Positions 11,446-22,494 of a stretch of DNA of 64,000 bases are shown piece by piece. Under the pieces are notes generated by a model, which did no database searches, had not been told where the DNA came from, and saw nothing but the letters and a program-made list of their open reading frames with translations. Every line of letters begins with the position of its first letter. Within the stretch, counting starts at the first letter, position 1. Source of the stretch: Eledone cirrhosa (lineage: Eukaryota); assembly GCA_964016885.1 (NCBI GenBank), contig OZ024763.1:1798001-1862000 (forward strand), written 5' to 3'. The position numbers and the translations under genes were made by a program.

Positions 11446-12410
11446 CAGGTTTTATTAAATAAACACACTTCTTTTCTTCTCAGAATGAGCATTAATATGA
11501 CATGCTCCTAAACAGACTCGTTAACTGCTTAACGAACACAACCACAAGGATATGATCCGAAATGTGGAAGAGCCGAACTCCCACTGTCATCACCTCCATC
11601 TCTCTCGCCCTCCCCATCTCTCTGTATGGTGAGCAAATGGGGTCCCATGTGCTGGTCTCTCCATAGCCCCACCGGACAGAATGGAGAAGGCGTTTCCCCG
11701 GAGGATGGTAAGGGAGATGCGCTGGAAGAGCCATTCCAACTCGCGGGGCTCACACCTGCGGCTGGTCAGCTCAGTGCCTATGGTGGTGTATAGGGAGGTA
11801 GCCCTAGGGCCAAGGACACCAGAAGTCTCCACTGCTAGGAGTAGTCAGCTCTGCACCTATGGTGGTAAGTAGGGAGGTAGCCCTAGGGCCAAGGACACCA
11901 GAAGTCTCCACTGCTAGGGGTAGTCAGCTCTGCACCTATGATGGTAAGTAGGGAGGTAGCCCTAGGGCCAAGGACACCAGAAGTCTCCACTGCTAGGGGT
12001 AGCCAGCTCAGCGCCTATGGTGGTAAGTAGGGAGGTAGCCCTAGGGCCAAGGACACCAGAAGTCTCCACTGCTAGGGGTAGTCAGCTCTGCACCTATGGT
12101 GGTAAGTAGGGAGGTCGCCCTAGGGCCAAGGACACCAGAAGTCTCCACTGCTAGGGGTAGTCAGCTCTGCACCTATGGTGGTAAGTAGGGAGGTAGCCCT
12201 AGGGCCAAGGACACCAGAAGTCTCCACTGCTAGGGGTAGCCAGCTCAGCGCCTATGGGGGTAAGTAGGGAGGTAGCCCTAGGGCCAAGGACACCAGAAGT
12301 CTCCACTCCCAAGGGCACGACTGCAAACCTGTCGGAGAGCGACCGGTACTTGGAGAGTTTGGTCTCCTCAGCCCGGCGTGCTGCAGAACCTGGGTTAGTC
12401 GCAGACTGCA
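11446..12410 (-). mobile_element. 5'-truncated CRE-like (RLE-type) non-LTR retrotransposon fragment
   Basis: AARRAEETKLSKY...VPLGVETSGVLG and RELEWLFQRISLTILRGNA match the restriction-like endonuclease C-terminus of CRE-clade elements. AATAAA near the 3' end. Confidence 0.7.
11762..12308. repeat. 79-bp tandem repeat (~7 copies) inside the CRE-like endonuclease coding region
   Basis: Unit gtcagctctgcacctatggtggtaagtagggaggtagccctagggccaaggacaccagaagtctccactgctaggggta. Confidence 0.95.
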
Positions 12411-12695
12411 CCATCTGGTTGTGAAGTGAATTCCTTAACCACTCAGCCATGACTGTGTGTGATAAATATTTATATATGTTGTCTCTTAGCAGTGAAGATT
12501 TCCATGATGACAATTTCCAATTTCCCTTTCTTCATGTCTATGGCGTCCCTTCCTCAGTATTTATGGCACGTGTCTGCTGTAAACCTTCAACTGTAAGAAA
12601 CAAACAAGAATAAACTTAGAAAAAGATAAACACCACATATATATATATAATATATATAATATATATACACACGCACACACATATATATAATATAT

Positions 12696-12732
<37 letters not shown>

Positions 12733-12738
12733 ATATAT

Positions 12739-12773
<35 letters not shown>

Positions 12774-12804
12774 ATATATACACACACACACATATATATA
12801 TATA

Positions 12805-12851
<47 letters not shown>

Positions 12852-12907
12852 ATATATACACACACACACACATATATATATATATAATATATACACACAC
12901 ACATATA

Positions 12908-15063
12908 TCATCATCATCATCATCATCAACGTTTAACGTCCGTGTTCCACGCTTGCATGGGTTTGGACGGGGGTAGTCCCACTTGAGGCAAGAGTGATTG
13001 TCTTGCTCGCATAGGACTGTCTGGCAGGTTTTCTACAGTTGGATGCCCTTCCTAACACCAACCACATTTACAGTGTGGGTCTGGGAGGTTTTTACCGTGT
13101 TGCCTACACGGCCACATTACAGCGTGGACTGTGTGTTTTTGTCGTGACACCTACACGATCTCATTTGTTTCGGCCTGGATGGCGCGGCACCAACATAACT
13201 TTACATAGAACGGGGTGGTGTGGATGGGGTGGGGGTGGCGGCGGGAGGGGTGTATTTTGTTAGAGATGCCTACTGGCAAGGCGGGTCTTCTCTGTTACTG
13301 AGTACCGCCAAAGGTCACGGTCCAGTGACATTGTCTTGGAGAGGTGTAAGTGTGTGAGGTCGGAGTTTATCAGCTCATCCCATGTTTTTCTAGGTCTGCC
13401 TATTCCGTGGCTACCGTCTATCTTTATTGCCCTGCACTTTGTAATACAGCTATCGACTTTCATGCGCATCACGTGTCCATACCAACGCAGCCTTCTCTCG
13501 AGTAAACAACATCTGATCCCTCTTATCTCTAATTTTTTCCTTAGTTCGTTTATGCTTTGCCGTTCACGTATATTACTGTTACACATCCAGCGGAGCATGC
13601 AAGCTTCGTTCCTCTCTAGTCTGCGTATATCCTCTGCACACAATGCCCAGGTCTCACTACCATGCAACATTGCTGTTCGTATGCAGGCATCGTACAACCT
13701 GCCTTTCATTTTTAGGGAGAACCCTTTAGCAGCTAATAGTGGTATAAGCTCTCTGAACTTTTTCCAACCAGTTCTGACTCTAGCTACAGTACTTTCAGAG
13801 CACCCTCCCCCACTGCTGATTTTATCGCCCAGGTAACGGAAGCTGTCCACTATTTCTATAAAACCCTCTGCGCAATTGAAAGAGCTAGTATTTTGTGGGC
13901 ACTTGCTGCTACTTATTGCACCATAACACCGGCCACATGTAAAGTCTATGTTCTTAGTTAGCTTACCTGTGATCCCACTACATCTTTTATGCACCCATAC
14001 TTTGCATTTAGGACATAAGATGGAGTTTCTACCTACGCCTTTCCTACATACCGAGCACGACCATTTCCCAGAAGGGACCGCCGCCTTGTTTTCTTTCCTA
14101 CAAACTAGAACTTTGGTCTTAGCCAGGTTAATTTTAAGTCCTTTTGACTCTAGGCCGTGCTTCCATGTTTGGAATTTCTTCTCTAGCTCGGCCATTGATT
14201 CCGCTATGAGTGTCAGGTCGTCTGCGTATAGGAGTTCCCATGGGCAGCCTGTCTTGAACTCCTCTGTTATAGCCTGAAGGGCAATAATAAATAGTAGGGG
14301 GCTGAGAACAGAGCCCTGATGGACGCCAACTTTTACGCTAAACTCTTCACTATATTCGTTGTTAATTCTAACCTTGCTGACTGTTTCTTTATACATGGCT
14401 TGTATAGCCCTCACAAGCCATTCGTCAACGCCTAGTTTTCTAAGAGCCCACCAGATAATGGAGCGGGGGACTCTGTCGAAGGCTTTCTCCAGGTCGACAA
14501 AAGCTAAGTAGAGGGGTTTACCTTTAGCTAGGTACTTCTCCTGTAGTTGTCGTACTATGAAAAGAGCGTCTGTGGTGCTTTTGCCTGACACAAACCCGAA
14601 CTGCATTTCATCTAGATCAATTCTCTCTCTGATTAGTTGCGCTATTACTTTTTCCGTGACCTTCATGACCTGGTCGATTAATTTAATGCCTCTATAGTTA
14701 CTCCTATCTAGGGCGTCTCCTTTACCCTTATAACAGTTAACGATGATGCTGCTATGCCAGTCCTTCGGAACAACCCCATTCTGTACGACTTGGTTAACTA
14801 TGCGGGTGACCATGGTGTGTCCCACCGTGCCAGATGCCTTCAGCATCTCAGCAACTATTTCCGAAGGCCCAGCCGCCTTACCAGTCTTCATATCCTTGAT
14901 TGCCTTACTTATTATACTCCCCTCGACTAACACTGCTGGTCCCTCTATCGGGTCGATATGGGGGAGACTGTCTTTCTCCCATTTATTCTCCTCATTTAGT
15001 AGCCTTTCATAGTGACACTTCCAAGCTACCTTCTTATCAGTGTCGGTGATGGCAAGTATGCCA
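12908..15063 (-). mobile_element. RTE-clade LINE, 5'-truncated, with 3' UTR ending ggacgttaaacgt(tga)n
   Basis: Open RT frame plus RTE-type C-terminus (RRLRWYGHVMRM..GRPRKTW). Inserted in a TA/CA microsatellite. Confidence 0.95.
13260..15062 (-). CDS. RTE reverse transcriptase (partial ORF, no endonuclease or start) with PHD-like Cys/His finger
   Basis: Motifs KGKGD..SNYRGI, QFGF, FVDLEKAFDRV, GVHQGSVLSPLLF, LLYADDL; CSVC..CPKC..WVHKRC..CGRC. About 600 codons without a stop. The N-terminal ~82 aa of the ORF-track protein is microsatellite artefact. Confidence 0.9.
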   Translation of the reverse strand, partial: GILAITDTDKKVAWKCHYERLLNEENKWEKDSLPHIDPIEGPAVLVEGSIISKAIKDMKTGKAAGPSEIVAEMLKASGTVGHTMVTRIVNQVVQNGVVPKDWHSSIIVNCYKGKGDALDRSNYRGIKLIDQVMKVTEKVIAQLIRERIDLDEMQFGFVSGKSTTDALFIVRQLQEKYLAKGKPLYLAFVDLEKAFDRVPRSIIWWALRKLGVDEWLVRAIQAMYKETVSKVRINNEYSEEFSVKVGVHQGSVLSPLLFIIALQAITEEFKTGCPWELLYADDLTLIAESMAELEKKFQTWKHGLESKGLKINLAKTKVLVCRKENKAAVPSGKWSCSVCRKGVGRNSILCPKCKVWVHKRCSGITGKLTKNIDFTCGRCYGAISSSKCPQNTSSFNCAEGFIEIVDSFRYLGDKISSGGGCSESTVARVRTGWKKFRELIPLLAAKGFSLKMKGRLYDACIRTAMLHGSETWALCAEDIRRLERNEACMLRWMCNSNIRERQSINELRKKLEIRGIRCCLLERRLRWYGHVMRMKVDSCITKCRAIKIDGSHGIGRPRKTWDELINSDLTHLHLSKTMSLDRDLWRYSVTEKTRLASRHL

Positions 15064-15255
15064 TATATATATATAATATATATACACACACACACCCATA
15101 TATATATATATAATATATATACACACACACACCCATATATATATAATATATACACACACATATATATATATAATATATATATATAATATATATACACACA
15201 CACACCCATATATATATAATATATACACACACACACACATATATATATATAATAT

Positions 15256-15286
<31 letters not shown>

Positions 15287-15290
15287 ATAT

Positions 15291-15346
<56 letters not shown>

Positions 15347-15994
15347 CACCATATAAATATATTATATAATATAAATATGTAAATATAAAAAAAAAAAAAT
15401 GGAATAAAGAGAGAAAGAAGAGTCAATGAGAATGAAACTGATTGTACCAATAAAATATATGAAACTAGATTCTAAATTATGGAGGAGGGTGGGGGAGAGA
15501 GATGGAGGAGAAGGATGGTGGAGGAGGGTGGGGGAGGGTGGGGTAGGATCCAAGACAAAATAGATATGGAAAAGTAGGAAGATAAGATAATAAAGAATAA
15601 ATTTTACAGTTGCAGGTAATAAAATATTGATGATAGCTTTCTGTGACATTGTAAAACATAGTGGAACATTGGCGGGGATTGTTATGTGGTTCTGGTTTAC
15701 TTAGAGATAGAGAGATGTAGATAGATAGATGTAGATTAAGAGATAGATAGATAGATATAGAGATAGATATATTTCTTGCTCAGATGTGGTTTTGGTTTAC
15801 AGATAGATAGAGAGATGTAGATAGATAGATGTAGAGATAGATATATTTCTTGCTCAGATGTGGTTTTGGTTTACAGATAGATAGATAGTTAGATTAGATA
15901 TAGATTGAGAGATAGGTAGTTAGATGGGTAGTTATATATATATATAGATAGATAGATATAGATAGCAGCGAGAGAGATAATTATATATAAATAT

Positions 15995-16222
15995 AATATA
16001 AGATCAAAAGATGGTTAAAAGAGTTCCATGTATTTTATTATGCGCATTTCAAAAACAAATATCATCATGCAATAACATTTGCGTTTTCGTCAGATAAAAC
16101 AGGGAAACATGATATGAAGGTTAAAAAACACTTGTGAATAGTGCAGTTTTAGCACTGTAGAGTGCTACTTAATCCGATATCTGCATTGCTTTATTGTTCT
16201 ACAATAAAACTCACCGCCTACA
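15995..16222. mobile_element. Penelope-like fragment, family P3 (second copy 47938-48117)
   Basis: aaaagatggttaaaa..gttccat and gagtgctactta...ttgttctacaata..actcacc shared with 47938-48117. TA-flanked, contains a hammerhead. Confidence 0.65.
16033..16099 (-). ncRNA. Minimal type I hammerhead ribozyme (P3)
   Basis: Minus strand: UUUUAU-CUGACGA-long stem II-GAAA-U GCGC A-UA-AUAAAA. Perfect 6-bp stem I, palindromic loop III, AUA cleavage. Confidence 0.8.
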
Positions 16223-16662
16223 TATATATATATATATATGATCAATGAAGGGATCATCACAAAACCTAGATCTTTCTCCCATTAACCCATTTGACCATTT
16301 CATACCAAACTATCCTTGTTTCTGTGAAATAAAGCATCTTCAGTCTGGCCACTCACACAATTCCAATTGTATCAGAATACAACTTAGAAATATGTAAAAA
16401 AATATATATTGCCATAATCTATTTTGTTAAGTTCTTGATAGTAATCTATAAATCCATCTTATAAAACCACCAAGCTATTATTCTATCTATCTATCTATAT
16501 ATTTAACTCTTTACTGATCTAGTGAGTCATCTATCTCCCTGCCTACACATCAACCCATTTATTTATCTATCTCCCCACCTATCTATCTATATATTTAACT
16601 CTCTACTGATCTAGCGAGCCATCTAACTCCCTATCCATCAGTGGAGATATAGTTAAATATAT

Positions 16663-17784
16663 AGATATCTTTCTTTATTTGCCACAGAGGCGTACAAAAA
16701 TGGGACATTACAAGACGGCGGGGGTTTTACATAAAAATAACTTTAACATTAATAAATAACAATAAACTATATATAATAAAATAACAATTGAAATCCCCAG
16801 TGTGGGGGAGAACGTTACTGCAGGGTTGTTTTACACCCCGCGGATAGAACAACCCTCAACACCAGGACACGTTTTGTAGGTGTTCCTGTCTTCCCTCTGT
16901 TTATCTTCCTCAACCTACAGGTTTATATACAGAGAGAGCTTTGGCGGTACTCAGTAATAGAGAAGACCCGCGTTACCTAAATACAAAGTAAAACCTACTA
17001 CAGTCAGTAGGCATCTCTAACAAAATACACCCCGTCCCACCACCCCCACCCCATCCACACCGTCCCTTTCAATGTAAAGTTATGTTGGTGCCACAAAATC
17101 CAGGCCGAAACAAATGAGATTGTGTAGGTGTCACGACAAAAAAGACACACAGTCCACGCTGTAATGTGGCCGTGTCGGCAACACGGTAAAAACCTCCCAG
17201 TCCCACACTGTAAATGTGGTTGGTGTTAGGAAGGGCATCCAACTGTAGAAAACCTGCCAGACAGTCCACGCTGTAATGTGACCGTGTAGGCAACACGGTA
17301 AAAACCTCCCAGCCCCACACTGTAAATGTGGTTAGTGTTAGGAAGGGCATCCAACTGTAGAAAACCTGCCAGACAGTCCATGCTGTAATGTGACCGTGTA
17401 GGCAACACGGTAAAAACCTCCCAGCCCCACACTGTAAATGTGGTTAGTGTTAGGAAGGGCATCCAACTGTAGAAAACCTGCCAGACAGTCCATGCTGTAA
17501 TGTGACCGTGTAGGCAACACGGTAAAAACCTCCCAGCCCCACACTGTAAATGTGGTTAGTGTTAGGAAGGGCATCCAACTGTAGAAAACCCACCAGACAG
17601 TCCTATGCGAGCAAGACAACCACTCTTGCCTCAAGTGGGAAAACTCCCGTCCAAACCCATGCAAGCATGGAACACGGACGTTAAACGATGATGATGATGA
17701 TGATGAGGAGAAGGCCCATTCACTCGGGCCATTTTTGCCACATTCACCCACCTTTCAGCGAATTTACTGGGGTGTAGCACCTCT
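16663..17784 (-). mobile_element. Tx1-like copy split by an RTE 3' insertion
   Basis: 16663-16940 and 17707-17784 join into the contiguous sequence seen at 8990-9100 (cctacagg..tatagagag|aaggcccattcactcgggcc). The 5' junction is in GATA-type repeats. Confidence 0.8.
16940..17705 (+). mobile_element. RTE LINE 3' end with internal 112-bp tandem expansion of the 3' UTR
   Basis: Matches the reverse complement of 12908-13312. The segment cagtccatgctgtaatgtgaccg...gaaaacctgccaga occurs about 4 times. Confidence 0.9.
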
Positions 17785-17862
17785 AGATAGGTAGGTGGAT
17801 AGGTAGGTAGGGAGATAAATAGATGGGTTGATGGGTTTGTAGGTAGGAAGGAGATAGATATT

Positions 17863-18010
17863 AGTCTTTCCAATTGCTAATACTATCTATCGGTTGCAAC
17901 TCCAGGTAGAAGGAGCAACGTGAAATAAAGTGTCTTGCCCGGGCCGGGAATCAAACCCACAAACTCATGATTGCGAATCCAATTCTCTAACCACTCAGCC
18001 ATGCACTTCC
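17863..18010 (-). mobile_element. SINE family C (partial)
   Basis: Matches 46543-46709. Confidence 0.8.
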
Positions 18011-18029
18011 ACATTTTCTTCTTTGGTAT

Positions 18030-18250
18030 GAATGAAGGAAATAATTGCTGAACAGTGAACAGATTTTATGGACACAGCTAACTGGCAGACGACCCAGGGG
18101 TAGACCATGAATAAGATGTGTTGGATAGCATACATAAACTTGGTTGGATCATTTGGGGACAGTTGCTTTTGATATGACTCCATGGAAAGTATATCTGAGG
18201 ACTCTGCCTTCGCAACTTATTCAGGAATAAGTGGGCAAAGAAGAAAATGT
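18030..18250 (+). mobile_element. Decayed RTE 3' end (same family as 10969-11370)
   Basis: cagattttatgg..aactggcag..gacccaggggtagacc and ggaataagtgggc..agaagaa shared. Confidence 0.7.
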
Positions 18251-18710
18251 GTATAGTTATTTTTGTTCTCGAAAGTTCTCTCAATAATTTCTGACCATAC
18301 AGAGAGAGAGACATAAAATTTCCAAGAAGAAAATTTGTATAGTTATTTTGTTCTATAATGTTCTCTCATCAATAAACAGACCTAGAATTTGGAAGAAGAA
18401 AATTTACATAATTATTTTGTTCTAGAAAGTTCTCATCAATTCTTGACCATAGAGAGACCTAAAATTTCCAAGAACATTTGTCTAGTTATTTTGTTCTATA
18501 ATGTTTTCTCATGAATTCCTGACCATAAACTGACTTAGAATTTGGAAGAAAATTTACATAGTTATTTTTGTTCTAGAAAGTTCTTGTCAATTCCTGACCA
18601 TACAGAGAGAGATCAAGAATTTCGAAGAAGAAAAATTTGTATAGTTATTGTTGTTCTAGAAAGTTCTCATCAATTCTTGACCATAGAGAGTCATAGAACT
18701 TCCAAGAATT
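18238..18710 (+). repeat. Degenerate ~65-85 bp tandem repeat
   Basis: aagaagaaaatttgtatagttattttgttctagaaagttctc...gaccata recurs about 6 times. Confidence 0.8.
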
Positions 18711-19309
18711 CAATCTAATTATCTGTGATTTAAATGCGTTTTCACATTGAGTTGAAACAGGAAAATTTATTTGAATGGAGCGAGATTTTGTTGCTGTGTT
18801 ATCAATAGGTGGTTGTGTGGAACAATAAGTGTTGTAAGGTTTCTTGGCTTATTCTTCTCGTTTCCTACAGTCGAAACATTCAGACTTTTAAATGAGCTGC
18901 TATTTATATTTCTCTTGAGAATTGGAATAGATCAACAGACGGAACATTATTATTATTATAACAAGATATCATTATAATAACCATCTCACTCTCTCTCTCT
19001 TTATCTCTCTCTCTCTTTATCTCTCTCTCTTTCTCTCTCTCTATCTATCTCCTCATTATTCTTGCCATCCTCTCTATCTCTCATTATCCTCTCTCTCTCT
19101 CTCGCCATTTCTCTCTCTCTGTCTCTCTCGCCATTTCTCTCTCTCTGTCTCTCTCTCTGTCTCTCTCTCTGTCTCTCTCACCATTTCTCTCTCTCTGTCT
19201 CTCTCACCATTTCTCTCTCTCTCTCTCTTGTCATCTCTCTCTCACCATCCCCTCTCTCTCATTGTGTAACAAGAAAGATTAGATTCCATTATATATATAT
19301 GTATGTATG

Positions 19310-19356
<47 letters not shown>

Positions 19357-19399
19357 GGGGTAACAAATTATTGTTATAGGTAGTCCACTTAAGTGTAGT

Positions 19400-19452
<53 letters not shown>

Positions 19453-19463
19453 TATACATATAT

Positions 19464-19797
19464 GGAGGCACATGGCTTAGTGGTTAGAGCATTGACCTTG
19501 CAATCGAAAGATTGGGAGTTCAATTCTCAGACCGGGTGATGTGTTGTTTCCTTGAGCAAGACACTTTATTTCACATTGCTCCAGTTTACTCAGCTGTAGA
19601 AATGAGATGATAGGGAGTGGGGTCCCTATCATTCCACTGTAAAAGTGGACGTGTAGGTGCCATGGCAAAAAAGCACCCAGCACTCACTGTAAATGAGGTT
19701 GGTGTTAGGAAGGGCATCCAGCTGTAGAAATCAAGCCAGAATCAGTTACCGTCCCACCCTTGCAAGCAGGGAAAAGTGGACGTAAAATGAAATGAAA
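19464..19797 (+). mobile_element. SINE family A
   Basis: Matches 3729-4077, inserted in (TA)n. Confidence 0.9.
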
Positions 19798-19832
19798 TAT
19801 ATATATATATAATGTGTGGGTATATAGATACG

Positions 19833-19863
<31 letters not shown>

Positions 19864-20114
19864 CATCATCATTTAGTGTCAATTTTCTATGCTAGCATGG
19901 GTTAGATGGCTTGTCCTGTTTGAAGCAAGTCGGGTCAACTGACCGTGTCATGCTTATGTAGAACTGTCTCCTTGAAAACATAGCATACCCTTTTCTCTAT
20001 CTATGTGCAAATCTCTCGATTGGTTCTACCCCTCTTTATATAAAGTAGGCTTGATAGATGGTGAGACAGACAGACAGACAGACAGACAGACCACTCTTAT
20101 TATAATATATATTT

Positions 20115-20720
20115 AAAGCATAAATGAATTGAGAGAGAGACTGAGCATAAGAGGAATCCAATGCTGTGTGCAGGAGAGGTGGTTGCGCTGGTATGGACAT
20201 GTGATGCGTATGAAGGATGACAGCTGCATAAAAAGGTGCAGAGCACTAGAAGTTGATGGAAACCGCGGAGTGGGGAGACCCAAGATGACCTGGGATGAGG
20301 TGATAAAAGCCGACCTTACCCAATTACACTTCTCAAAGACAATGACACACGACCGTGACTTCTGGCGTCACGCAGTAATACAGAGTACCCGACCTCCCAT
20401 GGGTACAAGCTGAAGCATATAAACAATATGCCCCCACACCCCCCACCGCAAGGTGGTTGTGGAGGCGCCACAGAAAAAAAAGCACCCAGCCCACACTGTA
20501 AAGTGGACGTGTAGGCGCCACGGAAAAAGCACCCAGCACTCACTGTAAATGAGGTTGGTGTTAGGAAGGGCATCCAGCTGTAGAAATCAAGCCAGAATCA
20601 GTTCCTGTATGAGCAAGGCATGGTCAGCCGACCAGACACTGCCCACAACAGGACAACCCGTCTAACCCATGCTAGCGTGGAAGAACGGACGTAAAACGGT
20701 GATGATGATGATGATGATGA
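20115..20720 (+). mobile_element. RTE LINE 3' end (subfamily whose 3' UTR matches the SINE A tail)
   Basis: ORF RERLSIRGIQCCVQERWLRWYGHVMRMKDDSCI..GRPKMTWDEVI is homologous to the 13260 ORF C-terminus. Ends ggacgtaaaacggt(gat)n. Confidence 0.9.
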
Positions 20721-21039
20721 TTTAATACTGAATAAACCAAGGTTTTGCATTGAGCTTCTCACACCTTACCAAACATGCTAGTGGACTCCTCCATTATTGA
20801 AACTCATATATATATATTTCTCTCTTAATGCTTGACTGGCTTGGCACCCACAGGTGAGACCGTCCTCTTTCTCATTTGTTCTTCAGGCCAGTTCAGCCCC
20901 CCTCCACTGCTAGGAAGGAATTTAACCATGCACATGGCATTCCAGATCATTGACCACTGCCCTGTGACAGACAAGAAAAACAACACATTTTTAGGATTAT
21001 TTGTTTTGATATTTTTGCTTTTTTTTGCTCTGACTGCAA

Positions 21040-21240
21040 GCCCATATATGGACTGTACCCCTTGATAAGTTCAGCTGGATTCCCGCCGTTCTAATACTGC
21101 TGACTTAGTTCGGATCTAGCTGTCGAAACGGCCGGAGCTCAGCCGTCGGGGGTCCTGACTCTTTTCCTATTACCCACTCTACTCCCCTAAATATTAAGTA
21201 TTCTGGTGCATTATGGTCCACCTGGTTTCTTACCTACCAC

Positions 21241-21245
<5 letters not shown>
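21040..21245 (+). mobile_element. Penelope-like fragment, family P4
   Basis: The 3' portion (cctattacccactctac...ggtgcattatggtccacctgg) is the reverse complement of 21660-21740, 38165-38240 and 39630-39710. Confidence 0.7.
21057..21153 (+). ncRNA. Type I hammerhead ribozyme with UUGAUAA core (family P4)
   Basis: CCCC-UUGAUAA-G uu CAGCUGGAUUC..GGAUCUAGCUG u C-GAAA-CGGC cggagcuca GCCG-UC-GGGG. Confidence 0.65.
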
Positions 21246-21276
<31 letters not shown>

Positions 21277-21411
21277 TGAAAAACAAGGGGAGAAGAATAC
21301 TGCATGGTTGCACATGGATTACATATTATAAAATTAGTCCCTCATCAGTGATTTGCCAACCATCATTGGTATTTCATCGCATTAAAAATCATTTCTTTTA
21401 TTTTTTGTTTG

Positions 21412-21469
<58 letters not shown>

Positions 21470-21490
21470 CAGAGATGAGATCACATAGGA

Positions 21491-21582
21491 AACATATCTG
21501 ATGATCTTTCGATTACAGTCAGGTTCGATCTATAATAGGTCTTTCCTTGAGCTGATCCATAGTGAAACATATGTAATACGTT
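21491..21582 (+). ncRNA. Minimal type I hammerhead ribozyme with extended stem II (family P5)
   Basis: AACAUAU-CUGAUGA-~59 nt imperfect stem II-GAAA-C AUAU G-UA-AUACGUU. Stem I 6/7 paired, palindromic loop III. The element lies between (TA)n tracts. Confidence 0.65.
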
Positions 21583-21657
21583 ATTAAATATATTATGATG
21601 AAACACTCAATCCTTGTTCCTTATCCTTATAATATATATATATATATATATATATAG

Positions 21658-21830
21658 CGAAGGAAAAGTGGTAAGGAACCAGGTGGACCATAACGCACCA
21701 AAGTACTCAATACTTAGGGTAGTAGAGTGGGTAATAGGAGTAAGTAAGACCCCTAAGTTTCGACGGCTAATTCTGACAGAATTAGCCGTCGAAACGGCTT
21801 GAGCTCAGCCGTCGGGGTCTTACTTACTCA
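21658..21830. mobile_element. P4 fold-back copy
   Basis: gagtaagtaagacccc/ggggtcttacttactc and tttcgacggctaattctg/cagaattagccgtcgaaa inverted arms, TA-flanked. Confidence 0.75.
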
Positions 21831-22494
21831 TATATATATATATATATATATATAGGAAAAAGAAGTGGAAAATGCAGTTGGGGTTCTTTAAAAAGCTTTA
21901 TTTACAATAATTTATAACTTTACAGTTTGTTAGTTACAAGTCGGCATAGCCACACATCTCTCCATCTCTCCTCTTAACTTTTGAAAATTATAAAATTTGT
22001 GAAATTGTTTTTCTTGTAAAATGTATATATGATTTACTTGCAATGCTAACTTTTAATATACTTAATATTGTTATACCTAAATATAATTTGTATAAGATTT
22101 GAGCTATTTGTGTAATATGTTTGAAATAATTTTATTTTGATCTTAATGTATGATATATATATATATATACTGTATAAAAGTGTGGGCGAAGACAAGACAG
22201 ACCTCTCTCATTATTTGACAGCTGGAGATAGTTTGTTTCAGTAATTTAAGATCGATACAGCTAGCTCCAGTACACATGGGACATAATAGATGATTGGCCT
22301 TTCAACTATTTGCTACAAACCAATATGCTGCAACTGAAAAGAAGAGAAAGAAACAAAGTCCAACATATTCAGCAGAGAAAGAATGCAGAGATGGCGAAGT
22401 GAAAATTGAAGGTGGAAGAGAAAGAGAATATACAAAGATTATATATGTGTATGGCCTTTGTTGCTCCTAGTGTTTTCATCCCGTTGTTTGCATC

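Noticed and set aside
21275-21415. Additional hammerhead (CUGAUGA on the minus strand)
   Set aside because: A convincing GAAA, stem III and stem I could not be assembled around the core
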